Shown one piece after another: positions 1 through 9,930 of a stretch of DNA of 64,000 nt. The number at the start of each line of letters is the position of its first letter. Position 1 is the first letter of the stretch. The DNA comes from an uncultured virus (IMG/VR IMGVR_UViG_3300010351_001916) (taxonomy: Duplodnaviria; Heunggongvirae; Uroviricota; Caudoviricetes), in the IMG/VR virus record IMGVR_UViG_3300010351_001916; one strand, given 5' to 3'. Position numbers and translations under genes: made by a program. The notes beneath the pieces were generated by a model. It saw nothing but the letters and a program-made list of their open reading frames with translations. It was not told the origin of the DNA and made no database searches.

Positions 1-246
1 ATGACACAGCACGCACCCACGACCACGCACGACGGCTCGTTCGTCCGTTTCCCTGGTCTGCTACGGCGATGGGAAGTTGAGAACGTCATCGTCCCTGGCG
101 TGACCTTCCGTCTCGAAGAGGCCGGGACCACGAGCGATGGCTGCCAGGTCTTCGCCCTGTACTGGCTCAACGGTGTCGACTCGCGCGAGCCCCAGCTCAG
201 CTGCGTGTGCGGCGTACCACCCTGGATGAATGTCGGCTCCGGCTGA
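1..246 (+). CDS. Small hypothetical protein
   Basis: 81-aa ORF at the window edge, co-oriented with downstream genes. Confidence 0.45.
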   Translation: MTQHAPTTTHDGSFVRFPGLLRRWEVENVIVPGVTFRLEEAGTTSDGCQVFALYWLNGVDSREPQLSCVCGVPPWMNVGSG

Positions 247-365
247 CCGACGACCCCGTCGCGCGCCGATGGTCGGGCGCGACAACAACAACTGAACCAG
301 AGCTCTTGAAGCCAAATTAGCGGCCCCCAGTGAGCGCGTGACGCCTGGCCGGAAGGCAGGCGCAC

Positions 366-1937
366 ATGCGCGCGATTTGGGAGGCTCTCCACACGAGCCT
401 CAGCAGGTCGGTTCGCTCTGTTGGCATGGCAACGCGGTTCAAGGAAGCTCGACGGAAGCACAAGGCCCTCAGCAGATTCGAGACCCCGCAGGACGTGATC
501 GCGTACCTCCACGGCAGGGTCGGCGAGCTCGACGACAAGGACGCCGTCGTCGCCGCGCTCGTAGCCCTCGCACAGACCGAGGCAAACAGAGACCTGGGCC
601 TGCACCTGGCCCTGCTCGGGCTGTGGCCGGGGCTCGATGCCGCGTTTCGTCGGCGCTCCCGCCGCATGGGGCGAGAGCAGGCGGACCTCGCGGCGGCGAT
701 GTTCGACCACTTCGCTTGCCAGGCCCAGGAGCTCGACCTCGCGCGAGTCGGCCGCGTGGCGGCCACCCTGGTACGGAACACGGAGCGCGAAGTCACCGCC
801 GACCTCCTCGACCAGCGCATCCAAGCTCGGGACGACGAGGAGCCGCCGGAGCCAGGGTGCTCCAACGACGACAGCGTGTTCGCGCTGCCGTCGAGCGCGG
901 ACCCCGAGGACCAGGTCCGAATGCTGCGCGACCGGCTCCGGGGCATCGATGGCTGCGACGTCGATCTCGTGCTGTCGGTATCGGTTGTGGGCTTCACGCA
1001 GCTCGAAGCGGCGATCGCGCTCGGGCTTCAGCCGGACTCCGCGCGCAAGCGCATCCAGCGGTCCTGCGCTCGAATTCGCGCCTTCCTCGAGACGCGGGAC
1101 GACGGCGAGCAAGAATCGACATCGGCCCTGTCCCATTTCGGCATCCGAAACCGCGTTTCCTCAGACAGATGGGGCGATCTCGCCGACGCGCTCGATCGCC
1201 TCCCGGAACGCAACCCCGACCGACGGAGAGACCCAATGGGACAGGACATGTGGAAGCAGACCGAGGACATGGCGAAGCAGCACGAGGCGGGCGCGAGCTC
1301 ATGGCTCAAGCTCCAGAACGACGGCGACCGCGCGGTCGTGGTCTTCCTGGGCGAGCCGTACCCGCGCGAGGTGTGCTTCGTAGAGGGAAAGTACGTGCCC
1401 TACGACGACGCTCTCAAGGCGCAAGGCCTCAAGCCCACGCTGCGCATCGCCCTGAACGTGGCGCTGTTCGACACCAAGGAGGTGAAGGTGCTCGAGCAGG
1501 GCGTGACGTTCTTCAAGGACCTGGTGCGCGTGCGCGACAAGTACACGCTCGAGAAGTGGGCGTTCGAGGTGCAGCGCCACGGCGCGGCCAAGGACCCGAA
1601 GACGACCTACTCGATCCTGCCCGAGCAGCAGCTCTCGCCCGAGCAACTCCGAGCGTTCAATGCGTTGCAGCAGCACGACCTGACGAAGCTCTACGAGAGC
1701 GTTCCAGCCGACGAGCCCGCGCCTGCCGCAGACGGCCCGATCGATCCCCACGTCGCGCAGGCTATCGGCGCCGCGCTCAAGGCCCTGCCCCGCGAGGCCG
1801 TGGACCGCTTCTGCCAGAAGTTCGAGGTGCAGCGCATCAAGGACCTGCGAGCGTCGCAGGCAGCCAAGGCCAAGGTGTTCGTCGAAGCGCTGGTGACCGA
1901 GTTCTCCCCGGACGCGAACGTCGACCCGTTCGCCTGA
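366..1937 (+). CDS. Sigma-70/ECF-like factor (about aa 1-255) reading in frame into an SSB-like domain
   Basis: Region-2-like helices (LWPGLDAAFRRR) and region-4-like HTH (GFTQLEAAIALGLQPDSARKRIQRSCARIR); no stop before the internal ATG at 1236. Confidence 0.6.
   Translation: MRAIWEALHTSLSRSVRSVGMATRFKEARRKHKALSRFETPQDVIAYLHGRVGELDDKDAVVAALVALAQTEANRDLGLHLALLGLWPGLDAAFRRRSRRMGREQADLAAAMFDHFACQAQELDLARVGRVAATLVRNTEREVTADLLDQRIQARDDEEPPEPGCSNDDSVFALPSSADPEDQVRMLRDRLRGIDGCDVDLVLSVSVVGFTQLEAAIALGLQPDSARKRIQRSCARIRAFLETRDDGEQESTSALSHFGIRNRVSSDRWGDLADALDRLPERNPDRRRDPMGQDMWKQTEDMAKQHEAGASSWLKLQNDGDRAVVVFLGEPYPREVCFVEGKYVPYDDALKAQGLKPTLRIALNVALFDTKEVKVLEQGVTFFKDLVRVRDKYTLEKWAFEVQRHGAAKDPKTTYSILPEQQLSPEQLRAFNALQQHDLTKLYESVPADEPAPAADGPIDPHVAQAIGAALKALPREAVDRFCQKFEVQRIKDLRASQAAKAKVFVEALVTEFSPDANVDPFA
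1130..1158 (+). promoter_or_regulatory. Class M promoter-like motif GTCCC-N18-GCGTTT, with TTTCGG-CAT-CCGAAA inverted repeat in the spacer
   Basis: Near-identical copy at 7949-7977; lies upstream of ATG 1236. Confidence 0.65.
1236..1937 (+). CDS. ssDNA-binding protein, gp32-like (internal start)
   Basis: GGAGAG upstream of the ATG; WLKLQNDGD...VVFLGEP...TTYSILP pattern; acidic/aromatic C-terminus DANVDPFA. Confidence 0.6.
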   Translation: MGQDMWKQTEDMAKQHEAGASSWLKLQNDGDRAVVVFLGEPYPREVCFVEGKYVPYDDALKAQGLKPTLRIALNVALFDTKEVKVLEQGVTFFKDLVRVRDKYTLEKWAFEVQRHGAAKDPKTTYSILPEQQLSPEQLRAFNALQQHDLTKLYESVPADEPAPAADGPIDPHVAQAIGAALKALPREAVDRFCQKFEVQRIKDLRASQAAKAKVFVEALVTEFSPDANVDPFA

Positions 1938-2062
1938 TCGGAGCCGATCAACGGTGATGCGCGCGGCTCGGCGCCCTTGGCCGGGCCGCGCCCTCTGCCT
2001 CCGAGCGAGGCACGGAGTGTGGGATGTCGCTGAGCTGTCCGGCGAAGGCTCGCACGGGAGTC

Positions 2063-3559
2063 GTGCGCCTTCGCCCATACCAGATCCAAGCGATCGAGCG
2101 CGTGCACGAGCACGTTGCCGCAGGCGCCCGGCGACTGGTCGTCGTGCTCGCGACCGGAGGCGGGAAGACGACGATCGCCGTCGAGATCATCCTCGACGCC
2201 ATCGCGCAAGGGCAGTCCGTGCTGTTCCTCGCGCACCGCCGGGAGCTGATCTCGCAGACGTACCGGCGCCTCGTACAGATGGGCGTGCCCGAGCATGACG
2301 TCGGCGTGCTGATGGGCAACGACCCACGGCGCCGCCCTGGTGCGAAGGTCCAGGTCGCGAGCGTGGACACGCTCCGCAACCGGGCGAAGCCCAAGGCGGA
2401 CATCGTGTTCATCGACGAGTGCCATCGCGCACTTGCCCGTTCGTACCAGGAGATCGCCGCGTGCTACCCAGACGCCGTCCACCTGGGGCTCACGGCCACG
2501 CCTTATCGCGCCGACGGGCGCGGCCTGGGCGACGCCTACCAGGAGCTCGTCGTGGTCGCCTCGCCGAGCCAGCTCATCGCCGAGGGCTACCTGGTCGAGC
2601 CGAGCGTGTTCACCGTGCCGCGAGAGCACCTCCCCGACCTGTCGTCGGTGCATACGCGTGCGGGCGACTACGAGGGGCGCGAGCTCGAGGACGCGGTCAA
2701 CCGCAAGTCCCTCGTGGGCAACATCGTCGAGCACTGGCTGGAGCTCGCGCGGGGCAAGCGCACCGTCGCCTTCGCCGTCTCGGTCGAGCACTCGAAGAAC
2801 ATCGCTGCGCGGTTCGTCGAAGCGGGCATCCCAGCCGAGCACCTCGACGGGACCACTCCGGCGGCCGAGCGCGACGCGATTCTCGCCCGGCTTGAACGCG
2901 GCGAGACCCAGGTCGTCGCCAACTGCAACGTGCTCTGCGAAGGCTGGGATCAACCCTCGGTCAAGTGCGCCATCCTCGCCAGACCGACGAAGTCCACGGG
3001 ACTGTACCTTCAGCAGGCCGGCCGCATCCTGCGGCCTTGGAACGACGAGCGAGCGATCATCCTCGACCATGCCGGCTGCGCGGTCGAACACGGGCTCCCG
3101 CAGGACGACCGCGAGTTCTCTCTCGAGGGCAGGAAGAAGACGGGCCGACGCGGTCCCGTCGAGGCTCCGACCAAGGTGTGCGCGTCGTGCTGCGCCGTAG
3201 TGGCCGTCGCGTGCCGCACTTGTCCCGAGTGCGGGAGTGAGTTCCCCGCGTCCGAGCGGGTGCCCGAAGAGCGCAAGGGCGTGCTGGTATCCGCGGAGCA
3301 GGCCCGCGAGGAATACCTGCTCGATGAATGGGAGAAGCTGAATCGCAAGGCGATCGAGCGCGGGTACAAGCCGGGCTGGGTCTACTACCGGTTCAAGGAG
3401 AAGTTCGGTCGGGCCCCACCGCAGCGAAGCGTGGCGATCGCTCCGCCGGTTGAGGCCCGCTCGGCGGCGTTCGCGCGGATCCGGGCACAGGAGAGCAGCC
3501 CGGCATGGGCGGCGCTCCGTTTCAGGGTCGAGTTCGGCGAGCCGCCCCCATCGAGGTGA
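2063..3559 (+). CDS. SF2 DEAD/DEAH helicase (RadD/YejH-like) with C-terminal Zn finger
   Basis: LRPYQ, ATGGGKT, IDECH, GLTATP, QQAGRILR, CxxC...CxxC. Confidence 0.9.
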   Translation: MRLRPYQIQAIERVHEHVAAGARRLVVVLATGGGKTTIAVEIILDAIAQGQSVLFLAHRRELISQTYRRLVQMGVPEHDVGVLMGNDPRRRPGAKVQVASVDTLRNRAKPKADIVFIDECHRALARSYQEIAACYPDAVHLGLTATPYRADGRGLGDAYQELVVVASPSQLIAEGYLVEPSVFTVPREHLPDLSSVHTRAGDYEGRELEDAVNRKSLVGNIVEHWLELARGKRTVAFAVSVEHSKNIAARFVEAGIPAEHLDGTTPAAERDAILARLERGETQVVANCNVLCEGWDQPSVKCAILARPTKSTGLYLQQAGRILRPWNDERAIILDHAGCAVEHGLPQDDREFSLEGRKKTGRRGPVEAPTKVCASCCAVVAVACRTCPECGSEFPASERVPEERKGVLVSAEQAREEYLLDEWEKLNRKAIERGYKPGWVYYRFKEKFGRAPPQRSVAIAPPVEARSAAFARIRAQESSPAWAALRFRVEFGEPPPSR

Positions 3560-3609
3560 TGGCGGGCTCTGGGAGACGTGCGCCCTGCGGGGCGAGGAAG
3601 GTCGTGACC

Positions 3610-4803
3610 ATGTACGAGCCGCATCCAGTGTCTGAGCTTTTTCCGATGATGGACAACGTGGCGCTTGCTGGGTTGATCCGAGACATCAAGGCGAACGGGC
3701 TTCAAGAGCCCATCGTGCTGTGGGAGGGCAAAATCCTCGACGGTCGGAATCGGCTGAAGGCCTGCGAGCGGGCCGGCGTCGAGCCGCAGTTTCGGGAGCT
3801 GACCGAGTGTGTGTCGCCGCTCATCTACGTTGTCTCCGCCAACATCCATCGGCGCCATATGTCGGTGTCCCAGCGAGCGATGATCGGTGCGCTCATCAAG
3901 AAGCACCTCCAGGAGGAGGCCCGGAAGCACCGGGAAGCAGCCCGCGTCCAGAAGACCAGCGAGCAGATGGCAAAATTGCCATCTGGCGACGGTTGTGGTC
4001 CGTCCCGTGACATTGCCGCCAGAGCCGTAGGAGTCTCTGGCAGGACCGTCGAGTCCGCACTTCAACTTCTGCGGGCTGCGACTCCCGAGGTCGTGGAGAC
4101 AGTCCGCGCGGGCAAGATGAGCGTCAGTCGCGCAGCGAAGCTTGCGACGGAGCAACCGACGCACGAACCACCCGCCTCCGCGCCTGTTCCGCCGACGGAG
4201 GCCCGCATTCGCTGCTGCGATCCGAAGACCTTCCTCGACACCGTGCGCATCGAGACCGCGGACCTTCTCATCTCGCGCCCCACCTTCGACACAACCCCCG
4301 ACCACTACGAGGCTCACGCCCGGTACTGGCTCGGCGAGGCCGTGGCTCCGATGAAGTACACAAGCCGGATCTTCCTCATCTGCGAGCCCGACATCGACAT
4401 GGTGCACGCGCTCGCTGCGGCCTGCCGGCGCCAAGCACAGTTCGAGTGCTGCCACGTGATGACCTGGAGCCGATCGGGCCCGGCGCGCGGCACGCCGGGA
4501 TACGACTATCGTCCGCAGCACAAGGTCATCTTGCACCTGCGCGGCCTCGACGCGCCCGTGCTCGAAGCGAAGGGGAGCAAGGAAGCCACGACCGTCCACC
4601 GGGACTGCGCCACGATCGACACCCTCGCAGAGCGGCTGATTCGCCACTCCACGAAGCCCGGCGACCTGGTCATCGACCCTTCGGCCGAGAGCGGCGAGAT
4701 TCTGCTCGCTGCATCACGGCTCGGAAGGCGAGCCCTCGGCGCGACGCTCAGCAAGGCCGGGTTCGACACCGCGGTTCGCGCCGGGTGCATCGCCGATGGC
4801 TGA
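3610..4803 (+). CDS. ParB-like N-terminal domain plus degenerate N4/N6 methyltransferase-like domain
   Basis: NGLQEPIVLWEGKILDGRNRL...SANIHRRH; C-terminal LIRHSTKPGDLVIDP...LGRRALG, with DPPY replaced by SRPTF and FxGxG by SAESG. Confidence 0.7.
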   Translation: MYEPHPVSELFPMMDNVALAGLIRDIKANGLQEPIVLWEGKILDGRNRLKACERAGVEPQFRELTECVSPLIYVVSANIHRRHMSVSQRAMIGALIKKHLQEEARKHREAARVQKTSEQMAKLPSGDGCGPSRDIAARAVGVSGRTVESALQLLRAATPEVVETVRAGKMSVSRAAKLATEQPTHEPPASAPVPPTEARIRCCDPKTFLDTVRIETADLLISRPTFDTTPDHYEAHARYWLGEAVAPMKYTSRIFLICEPDIDMVHALAAACRRQAQFECCHVMTWSRSGPARGTPGYDYRPQHKVILHLRGLDAPVLEAKGSKEATTVHRDCATIDTLAERLIRHSTKPGDLVIDPSAESGEILLAASRLGRRALGATLSKAGFDTAVRAGCIADG

Positions 4804-4824
4804 GCCGGTGCCCGATCCTCGGGG

Positions 4825-7764
4825 GTGGCGCGCGCCGTGACGCTCGTCGCCGTCGCCCCGGACAAGTACGCCAGGGGCTTCGACGGTAGCGGCCGCGTTG
4901 TCCCTGAAGCGTACGAGGTCCTCGAGCTGCGCGAGGCCCTGGGACGCGTGTATTCGACAGACGCGCACCTGGTCACCTACGTGGTCGAGGGAGCGACGCG
5001 CCAGCCCCGCGTCAACAAGCTCGGCTTGCCGAAGTTCCAGTCCCGTGTCTCGGTGAGCGTGTTCTTCTGCGACATCGACAACCCGGGCCATGCTCCCTGG
5101 AACGCGGAGCTCATCGAGGCGGCGCAGCGCGACTACGACGCAATCCCTGCGCTGCAGTCGACGGGCATCTATCACACGCAGCATGGGCGCCGAATCGTCC
5201 AGCCCATCCTCGAGCCGATCGACGCGGGCGAGGTCGAGCCGTTCTTGAAGAGCTGGCTTCGAAGCCTCTCCGATGCCGGGCTCCCCGTCGACTGGGCGTG
5301 CCGCGACTGGACCCGGCACTTCCGTCTTCCTCATGTGCGGCGTGCGGGAATCGCCACGCGATCGCCGTTCGTGCTGCTCGATCGGATGCGACCGATCGCT
5401 GCTCCGGAGCCGGAGCAGCCAGCTCCCGCTGCGACCCGCACACGGACCGCGCGGCCTGTTTCACCTATGCCTGAGACCTGGGCGGCGGATGTGCCCGAGG
5501 AATGGAAGCCCATCGTGCAACGGCTGGCCGATGCCGCATTGACCGTTCCAACCGAGTGGCACGCGCTCTTCCTGGCGATCGCAGGCGCGTTGCTCAGCCG
5601 CGGCGTTGCCCCAGAGCTCGTGCCCGCTATCGTGCGCGCCGTCTCCATCGCAACCCGGGCCGACTCGCGGACGGGCGATCGGGAAGCGGGCGCCCGGTCC
5701 ACGATCGCGCGGTGGGCCGCCGGCGGGCCAATCACGGGCTTCGGCGAGCTCCTCCGGAGGTGGCCGGACGTCGCGGCAGCCTTTGACGTGCCCGCGCGAG
5801 ACGTTCCCGCCGCTGCGCCACCCGTGTTCTCCCTCGGGGAAGTGCGCACCGCCCTCGTCGACGCAATCCGCAGGGCCCCCGACGGCCTCACCGTGATCGC
5901 TGCCGAGTGCGGCATTGGCAAGACGGCCGCAGCGATCGAGGTCGCATCGGAGCGCGCCAGCAAGCAGCATGCGTCGCCGAAGGCCAAGGGACTCCGGGCC
6001 CCGGCGCAGTCGAAGACCGCGATCTCGGTCGACAAGAACGCACTCGCCATTCAGGTCGTCGCCGAATTGCGGAGCCAGGGGATTCCCACCCGACGCATCT
6101 TCGGGCCGCTCTCCTGCAAGGACGCGTCGGGGGAGCCGGTATGCAAGCTCGCGGACGTCGCGCGTCCACTGGTCGATGGCGGCCAGCCCATGCAATGGGA
6201 GCTGTGCCGGGGGCGCGACATCGAACGCTGCCCGCACTACGACGACTGCGAGGCACGCGACGGCGCGGAAGGCGACTCGGACGCGCGGGTCATTGTGGGC
6301 AGCCATTCCCTGCTCAGTGCCCTCGACGGTGAGGCTGGTTCGACCGGGTTGCTGGTCATCGACGAGCCTCCTCCCCTGCTGGAATCGCTCGTCCTGACCG
6401 GGGAGGACCTCGATACGGCGGAGCGGTGCCTGGGCTGGTTCGAAGGCACCTACGCAGGCGCGATGCTCCCGGCGCTGCAGGCAACTCGTGCTTGGGTCGC
6501 CCGCTTCGCGGAGCTGGATGCGTCGGCCACGCTCACGGACGCCGTCCGAAGCTGCGATCGCGTCGTCCTACCCGAGGATCTGGCGCAAGCGCGCCGTTCC
6601 GCCGAGCTCGACGATGACGCCGACGCAGTCGCCTGCGCGATCGCGGCCCCGCTCGACGAACGGAGGGGCAAGGCGCCGCCCATCTCGTTCGTCCACATGC
6701 GGCTGGCCCGGGATTCCGCCTCCCGCGCGGAGTCCCTCGGTGCGGCATCCCGTGTGCTTCGTACGCTGCACCACGGGCTCACCTCCGAGACTCCCGTTGC
6801 AGCCCGCGTGGAGGAGCGTTCTGGCGAGCGGGTGCTCGTGGTGACGAGGTGCAACGAGCAGCTCGCCAAGGCGGTCAAACGACAGGGCGCGGTCGTTGTC
6901 ACCGACGCCAACGCCGACCTGCACGCTCCCATCCTCCGCAAGGTCGCGGGCTACGACCCACCGCTGCACCGGTTCGCAGCGGTCGACGGCGCTCCGATCC
7001 GCCGGAGCATGATCCGTTGCGCCTCGGCGACCCGCACGAGCTGGCTCCGCGCCGGATCGCTCGAGGTCTCGGACGGCTTCGTCTCCGCGCTCGAAGCATT
7101 GTTCGCATGGGCCAGGGAAGAGCCCACGGCTCGGAAGCTTGGCATCATCACGCTCCTTCCGATCGAGATGGCCCTTCGCGCCGCCCGCGGCGAGCAAGTC
7201 GATCGGGTCTGGGAACCCCTGGACGATGCGCGCGTGCGGCTCGGCCCCATCCTGCAGGGCTGGCCGGGCGAGCTCGTGTGGGGGCACTTCGGTGGGGTGC
7301 GCGGCATGAACTCGATGGCCGACGTCGACTGCCTCGCGACGCTGGGGGATCCGTGGCCCAACCTCGGGCTCGTGAAGAGCGACGTTGCCTTCCTCGGCCT
7401 CACGCAGGCTTGGGAGCAGCGCGTCGACGCGATGTGCAAGGCCGAGCTCGAGCAGGCGCACGGCCGTATCAGAGCGGTCCATCGCACGAAGCCAGGTCGG
7501 GCCCTGCACATCGGCAACGTCATGCCATCGGGATCGGGGTGGCGGCTGGATCGGGTCGACGTCCGTGAGCCAATTGCGCACCGTGCGCACAGCGATCGTG
7601 CACGACCCGAGCTCTGGCAGGTAGTAGCTGATCTCGGCGGAGTCGTGGCTGCTGCCTCCTTGGTAGGGGTGACCCGCCAAAGCATGGCGAAGTACGTCAC
7701 GGGCAGCAGGCCTGTTCCGGCCGAGGTGCTTCGAGAACTGACCTCCTGGTGGAGCCCTTCGTAG
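4825..7764 (+). CDS. Replication protein: AEP primase-polymerase, SF2-like helicase and C-terminal HTH
   Basis: FCDID, YHTQHG, DWTRHFRLP; Walker A ECGIGKT; LVIDE; EQAHGRIR; terminal HTH AASLVGVTRQSMAKY. Confidence 0.7.
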   Translation: MARAVTLVAVAPDKYARGFDGSGRVVPEAYEVLELREALGRVYSTDAHLVTYVVEGATRQPRVNKLGLPKFQSRVSVSVFFCDIDNPGHAPWNAELIEAAQRDYDAIPALQSTGIYHTQHGRRIVQPILEPIDAGEVEPFLKSWLRSLSDAGLPVDWACRDWTRHFRLPHVRRAGIATRSPFVLLDRMRPIAAPEPEQPAPAATRTRTARPVSPMPETWAADVPEEWKPIVQRLADAALTVPTEWHALFLAIAGALLSRGVAPELVPAIVRAVSIATRADSRTGDREAGARSTIARWAAGGPITGFGELLRRWPDVAAAFDVPARDVPAAAPPVFSLGEVRTALVDAIRRAPDGLTVIAAECGIGKTAAAIEVASERASKQHASPKAKGLRAPAQSKTAISVDKNALAIQVVAELRSQGIPTRRIFGPLSCKDASGEPVCKLADVARPLVDGGQPMQWELCRGRDIERCPHYDDCEARDGAEGDSDARVIVGSHSLLSALDGEAGSTGLLVIDEPPPLLESLVLTGEDLDTAERCLGWFEGTYAGAMLPALQATRAWVARFAELDASATLTDAVRSCDRVVLPEDLAQARRSAELDDDADAVACAIAAPLDERRGKAPPISFVHMRLARDSASRAESLGAASRVLRTLHHGLTSETPVAARVEERSGERVLVVTRCNEQLAKAVKRQGAVVVTDANADLHAPILRKVAGYDPPLHRFAAVDGAPIRRSMIRCASATRTSWLRAGSLEVSDGFVSALEALFAWAREEPTARKLGIITLLPIEMALRAARGEQVDRVWEPLDDARVRLGPILQGWPGELVWGHFGGVRGMNSMADVDCLATLGDPWPNLGLVKSDVAFLGLTQAWEQRVDAMCKAELEQAHGRIRAVHRTKPGRALHIGNVMPSGSGWRLDRVDVREPIAHRAHSDRARPELWQVVADLGGVVAAASLVGVTRQSMAKYVTGSRPVPAEVLRELTSWWSPS

Positions 7765-7780
7765 CTGCTTCAATCCTGAA

Positions 7781-7856
7781 GGTGGCAATCTGAGGTCAAC
7801 ACCAGAGCTATAAATAGATCTCTTAATAGCTCGCGCGTTGACCTCGGTTTGCCACC
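7781..7856. repeat. 76-bp imperfect palindrome with AT-rich core; candidate replication origin
   Basis: Nested arms GGTGGCAA/TTGCCACC, GAGGTCAAC/GTTGACCTC and GAGCTAT/ATAGCTC, directly after the primase-helicase gene. Confidence 0.75.
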
Positions 7857-7948
7857 ATCCCGCAAGCGACTGCAGCACAAGCAAATCCCGCGTTCCCTCC
7901 AATCCGACCGTCTCTGAACCCGTTCGCGAAGATTTCTCACGATCGCCT

Positions 7949-7977
7949 GTCCCATTTCGGGCTCCGAATCCGCGTTT
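7949..7977 (+). promoter_or_regulatory. Class M promoter-like motif GTCCC-N18-GCGTTT
   Basis: Copy of 1130-1158; about 40 nt upstream of ATG 8019. Confidence 0.65.
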
Positions 7978-8018
7978 CGTCTTCGTAGGCCGCAATCCGC
8001 GGTCTCGACGAGACGCCG

Positions 8019-8531
8019 ATGCCCCAGCCACCCTCGACACCCGTCTGCCCGAAGCGCGAACCGCTCGCCGACGGACACTGTAAGCACCAGCTCCCCACCG
8101 GCTGCTGCGCCCTGCCCGATGAGCTGACCTGCGTCGAGTGGGTGAGCTCACGCCAGCCCACGCAGAAGAGCCTTCCCGGCGTTCCCGCTCCCGCACCCAA
8201 GCCGGTCGTCGCGGCACCGTCGCCGCGTCCGAGCCCGACATCTGTCCCCGCAGGCACCGAGCCATCCTCTGGCATCGACCTCAGCCGCCTCCGCGGCTTC
8301 ACCACCGAGGACATCGATTCGTTCAAGGCCCTCGGCGTCGAGGTGTGCCTCCAGTCCGACAGCTTTGGCGAGTTGTGGCTCGTGCCCGCCTACACCGGCC
8401 AGCCCCGTCGAGAGCTCACCCCCGAACACCTCGCGACCGTGCTGCACGCCCTGAGCGTGTTCCCCGGCTCGCGTGTCGTCGCGTTCCACCCGCCCGTCAA
8501 GCCCGGCGCAGCCCAGCAGGAGAATCCATGA
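8019..8531 (+). CDS. Hypothetical phage protein
   Basis: Stop overlaps the next start (ATGA). Confidence 0.6.
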   Translation: MPQPPSTPVCPKREPLADGHCKHQLPTGCCALPDELTCVEWVSSRQPTQKSLPGVPAPAPKPVVAAPSPRPSPTSVPAGTEPSSGIDLSRLRGFTTEDIDSFKALGVEVCLQSDSFGELWLVPAYTGQPRRELTPEHLATVLHALSVFPGSRVVAFHPPVKPGAAQQENP

Positions 8532-9703
8532 CAACGCCTCGCAATGCCCATCTCAGCTACTCGCGATTGACCCGCTTCGAGCAATGCCCGCTGTCGTACA
8601 AGCTTCACTACCTCGACAAGCAACAGGCCGAACCGGGCGTCGCGCTCCGCTTCGGCAAGGTGATCCACGCCGTGCTCGAGCAGCTGGTGAGCGAGCACGT
8701 CCTCGACGAGCTCACCGGCCCGCTGTCCGAAGAACGCGCGATTGCCCTCTACCGCGACGCGTGGGCCGCCGACGGCCTGTCCGGCATCAACGTGTTTGAG
8801 GAAGGCCTGCACATCCTGCGCGACTTGGTCCGCGAGGAGGGTGTGGTGGACCACCGCGACGTGCTCGCCGTCGAGAAGGAGTTCCACCTGTCGGTCGGGC
8901 CGTTCACCGTGCTGGGCTTCATCGATCGGGTGAACTGGGTCGACGACGAGACGGTCGAGGTCATTGACTACAAGACCAACCGCCAGATCTTCGCGCGCGA
9001 CGAGGTCGACTCGAGCCTCCAGATGAGCCTGTACGAAGTGGCGGCGCGCACGCTATGGCCTTGGGTCAAGAACGTCAAACTCACGTTCCGGATGCTGCGT
9101 CACGGCCTTCGGCAGCAGACCCGCCGAACGCCCGAGCAGCTCGCCGACGCCCTGGCCTACGTCGAGACGCTGGGCATTCAGACCGAGACCGCGAAGGAGT
9201 TCCCCGCCCGGCTGAATGCCAATTGCGTCTACTGCGACCACCGGACGCACTGCAACGCATACGCGGAAGCCCTGCAGGGCAAGCCTCACCTGGTGTGCGA
9301 GGACACGCGGGACCTCGAGGCGGTCGCGAGGGAGCGAGAGCAGGCGGCCCGCCTCGCCAAGATCCTCTACGCCCGCAAGGAAGAGCTCGAGGGCGTGCTC
9401 AAGGCGCACCTCCGCGACCGCGACGAGCTGGTGCTCGGCGGCGTCCGGTACCGGATGTTCAACACAGCGAGCCACGAGTACCCCGTCGACGCGACCCTCG
9501 CCCTGCTTGCCAACGCTACGGGGCAATCGCGGGAAGAGCTGCTCGATAAGGTCGCCGTGGTCGACAAGAAGGCGCTCGACACGGTGCTGAAGGCTCTCGG
9601 CAAGACCCTCGACAAGCCGCGCGTGGCGCTGCTCAAGGCGGAGCTCGAGGCCAAAGCCAGTACGCGTCACACGCCGCGGTTCTGGGCGAAGGAGGTGGCG
9701 TGA
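8528..9703 (+). CDS. PD-(D/E)XK nuclease, Cas4/RecB-like
   Basis: [41 protein letters not shown]. Confidence 0.85.
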   Translation: MTTPRNAHLSYSRLTRFEQCPLSYKLHYLDKQQAEPGVALRFGKVIHAVLEQLVSEHVLDELTGPLSEERAIALYRDAWAADGLSGINVFEEGLHILRDLVREEGVVDHRDVLAVEKEFHLSVGPFTVLGFIDRVNWVDDETVEVIDYKTNRQIFARDEVDSSLQMSLYEVAARTLWPWVKNVKLTFRMLRHGLRQQTRRTPEQLADALAYVETLGIQTETAKEFPARLNANCVYCDHRTHCNAYAEALQGKPHLVCEDTRDLEAVAREREQAARLAKILYARKEELEGVLKAHLRDRDELVLGGVRYRMFNTASHEYPVDATLALLANATGQSREELLDKVAVVDKKALDTVLKALGKTLDKPRVALLKAELEAKASTRHTPRFWAKEVA

Positions 9704-9930
9704 TGTCGAGTCCAGCCGACCTGGCCGATCGCATCGCGGCGCTTTCCGACGACGAACGCGCCATCCTCGAGACGCTGCTCGACCGGCTCGCGGAGGGGCG
9801 GCAGCGGTACGGAGTCTGGAACGTCGATGATGGGCGCGAGTACCCCGCGGAAACCCTCGACGAGGTGATCGACGCCCTCCACTACTGCGCCGCCGGCCTG
9901 GTGCGGCTGCGTCGGAGGCCCCGGCTGTGA
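9700..9930 (+). CDS. Small protein with MazG-like (all-alpha NTP-PPase) acidic motif
   Basis: GRQRYG...[12 protein letters not shown]; coupled to both neighbours. Confidence 0.45.
   Translation: MMSSPADLADRIAALSDDERAILETLLDRLAEGRQRYGVWNVDDGREYPAETLDEVIDALHYCAAGLVRLRRRPRL

Noticed and set aside
1969..1998. Eighth class L motif (CTCTGC at 1993)
   Set aside because: There is no GTCCC 18 nt upstream
7781..7856. Protelomerase (telRL) site
   Set aside because: No protelomerase is present in the window and the palindrome centre is imperfect
8528..9703. Cas4-like gene as evidence of a CRISPR system
   Set aside because: No array or other cas genes were seen; solo Cas4/RecB-like nucleases are common in phages
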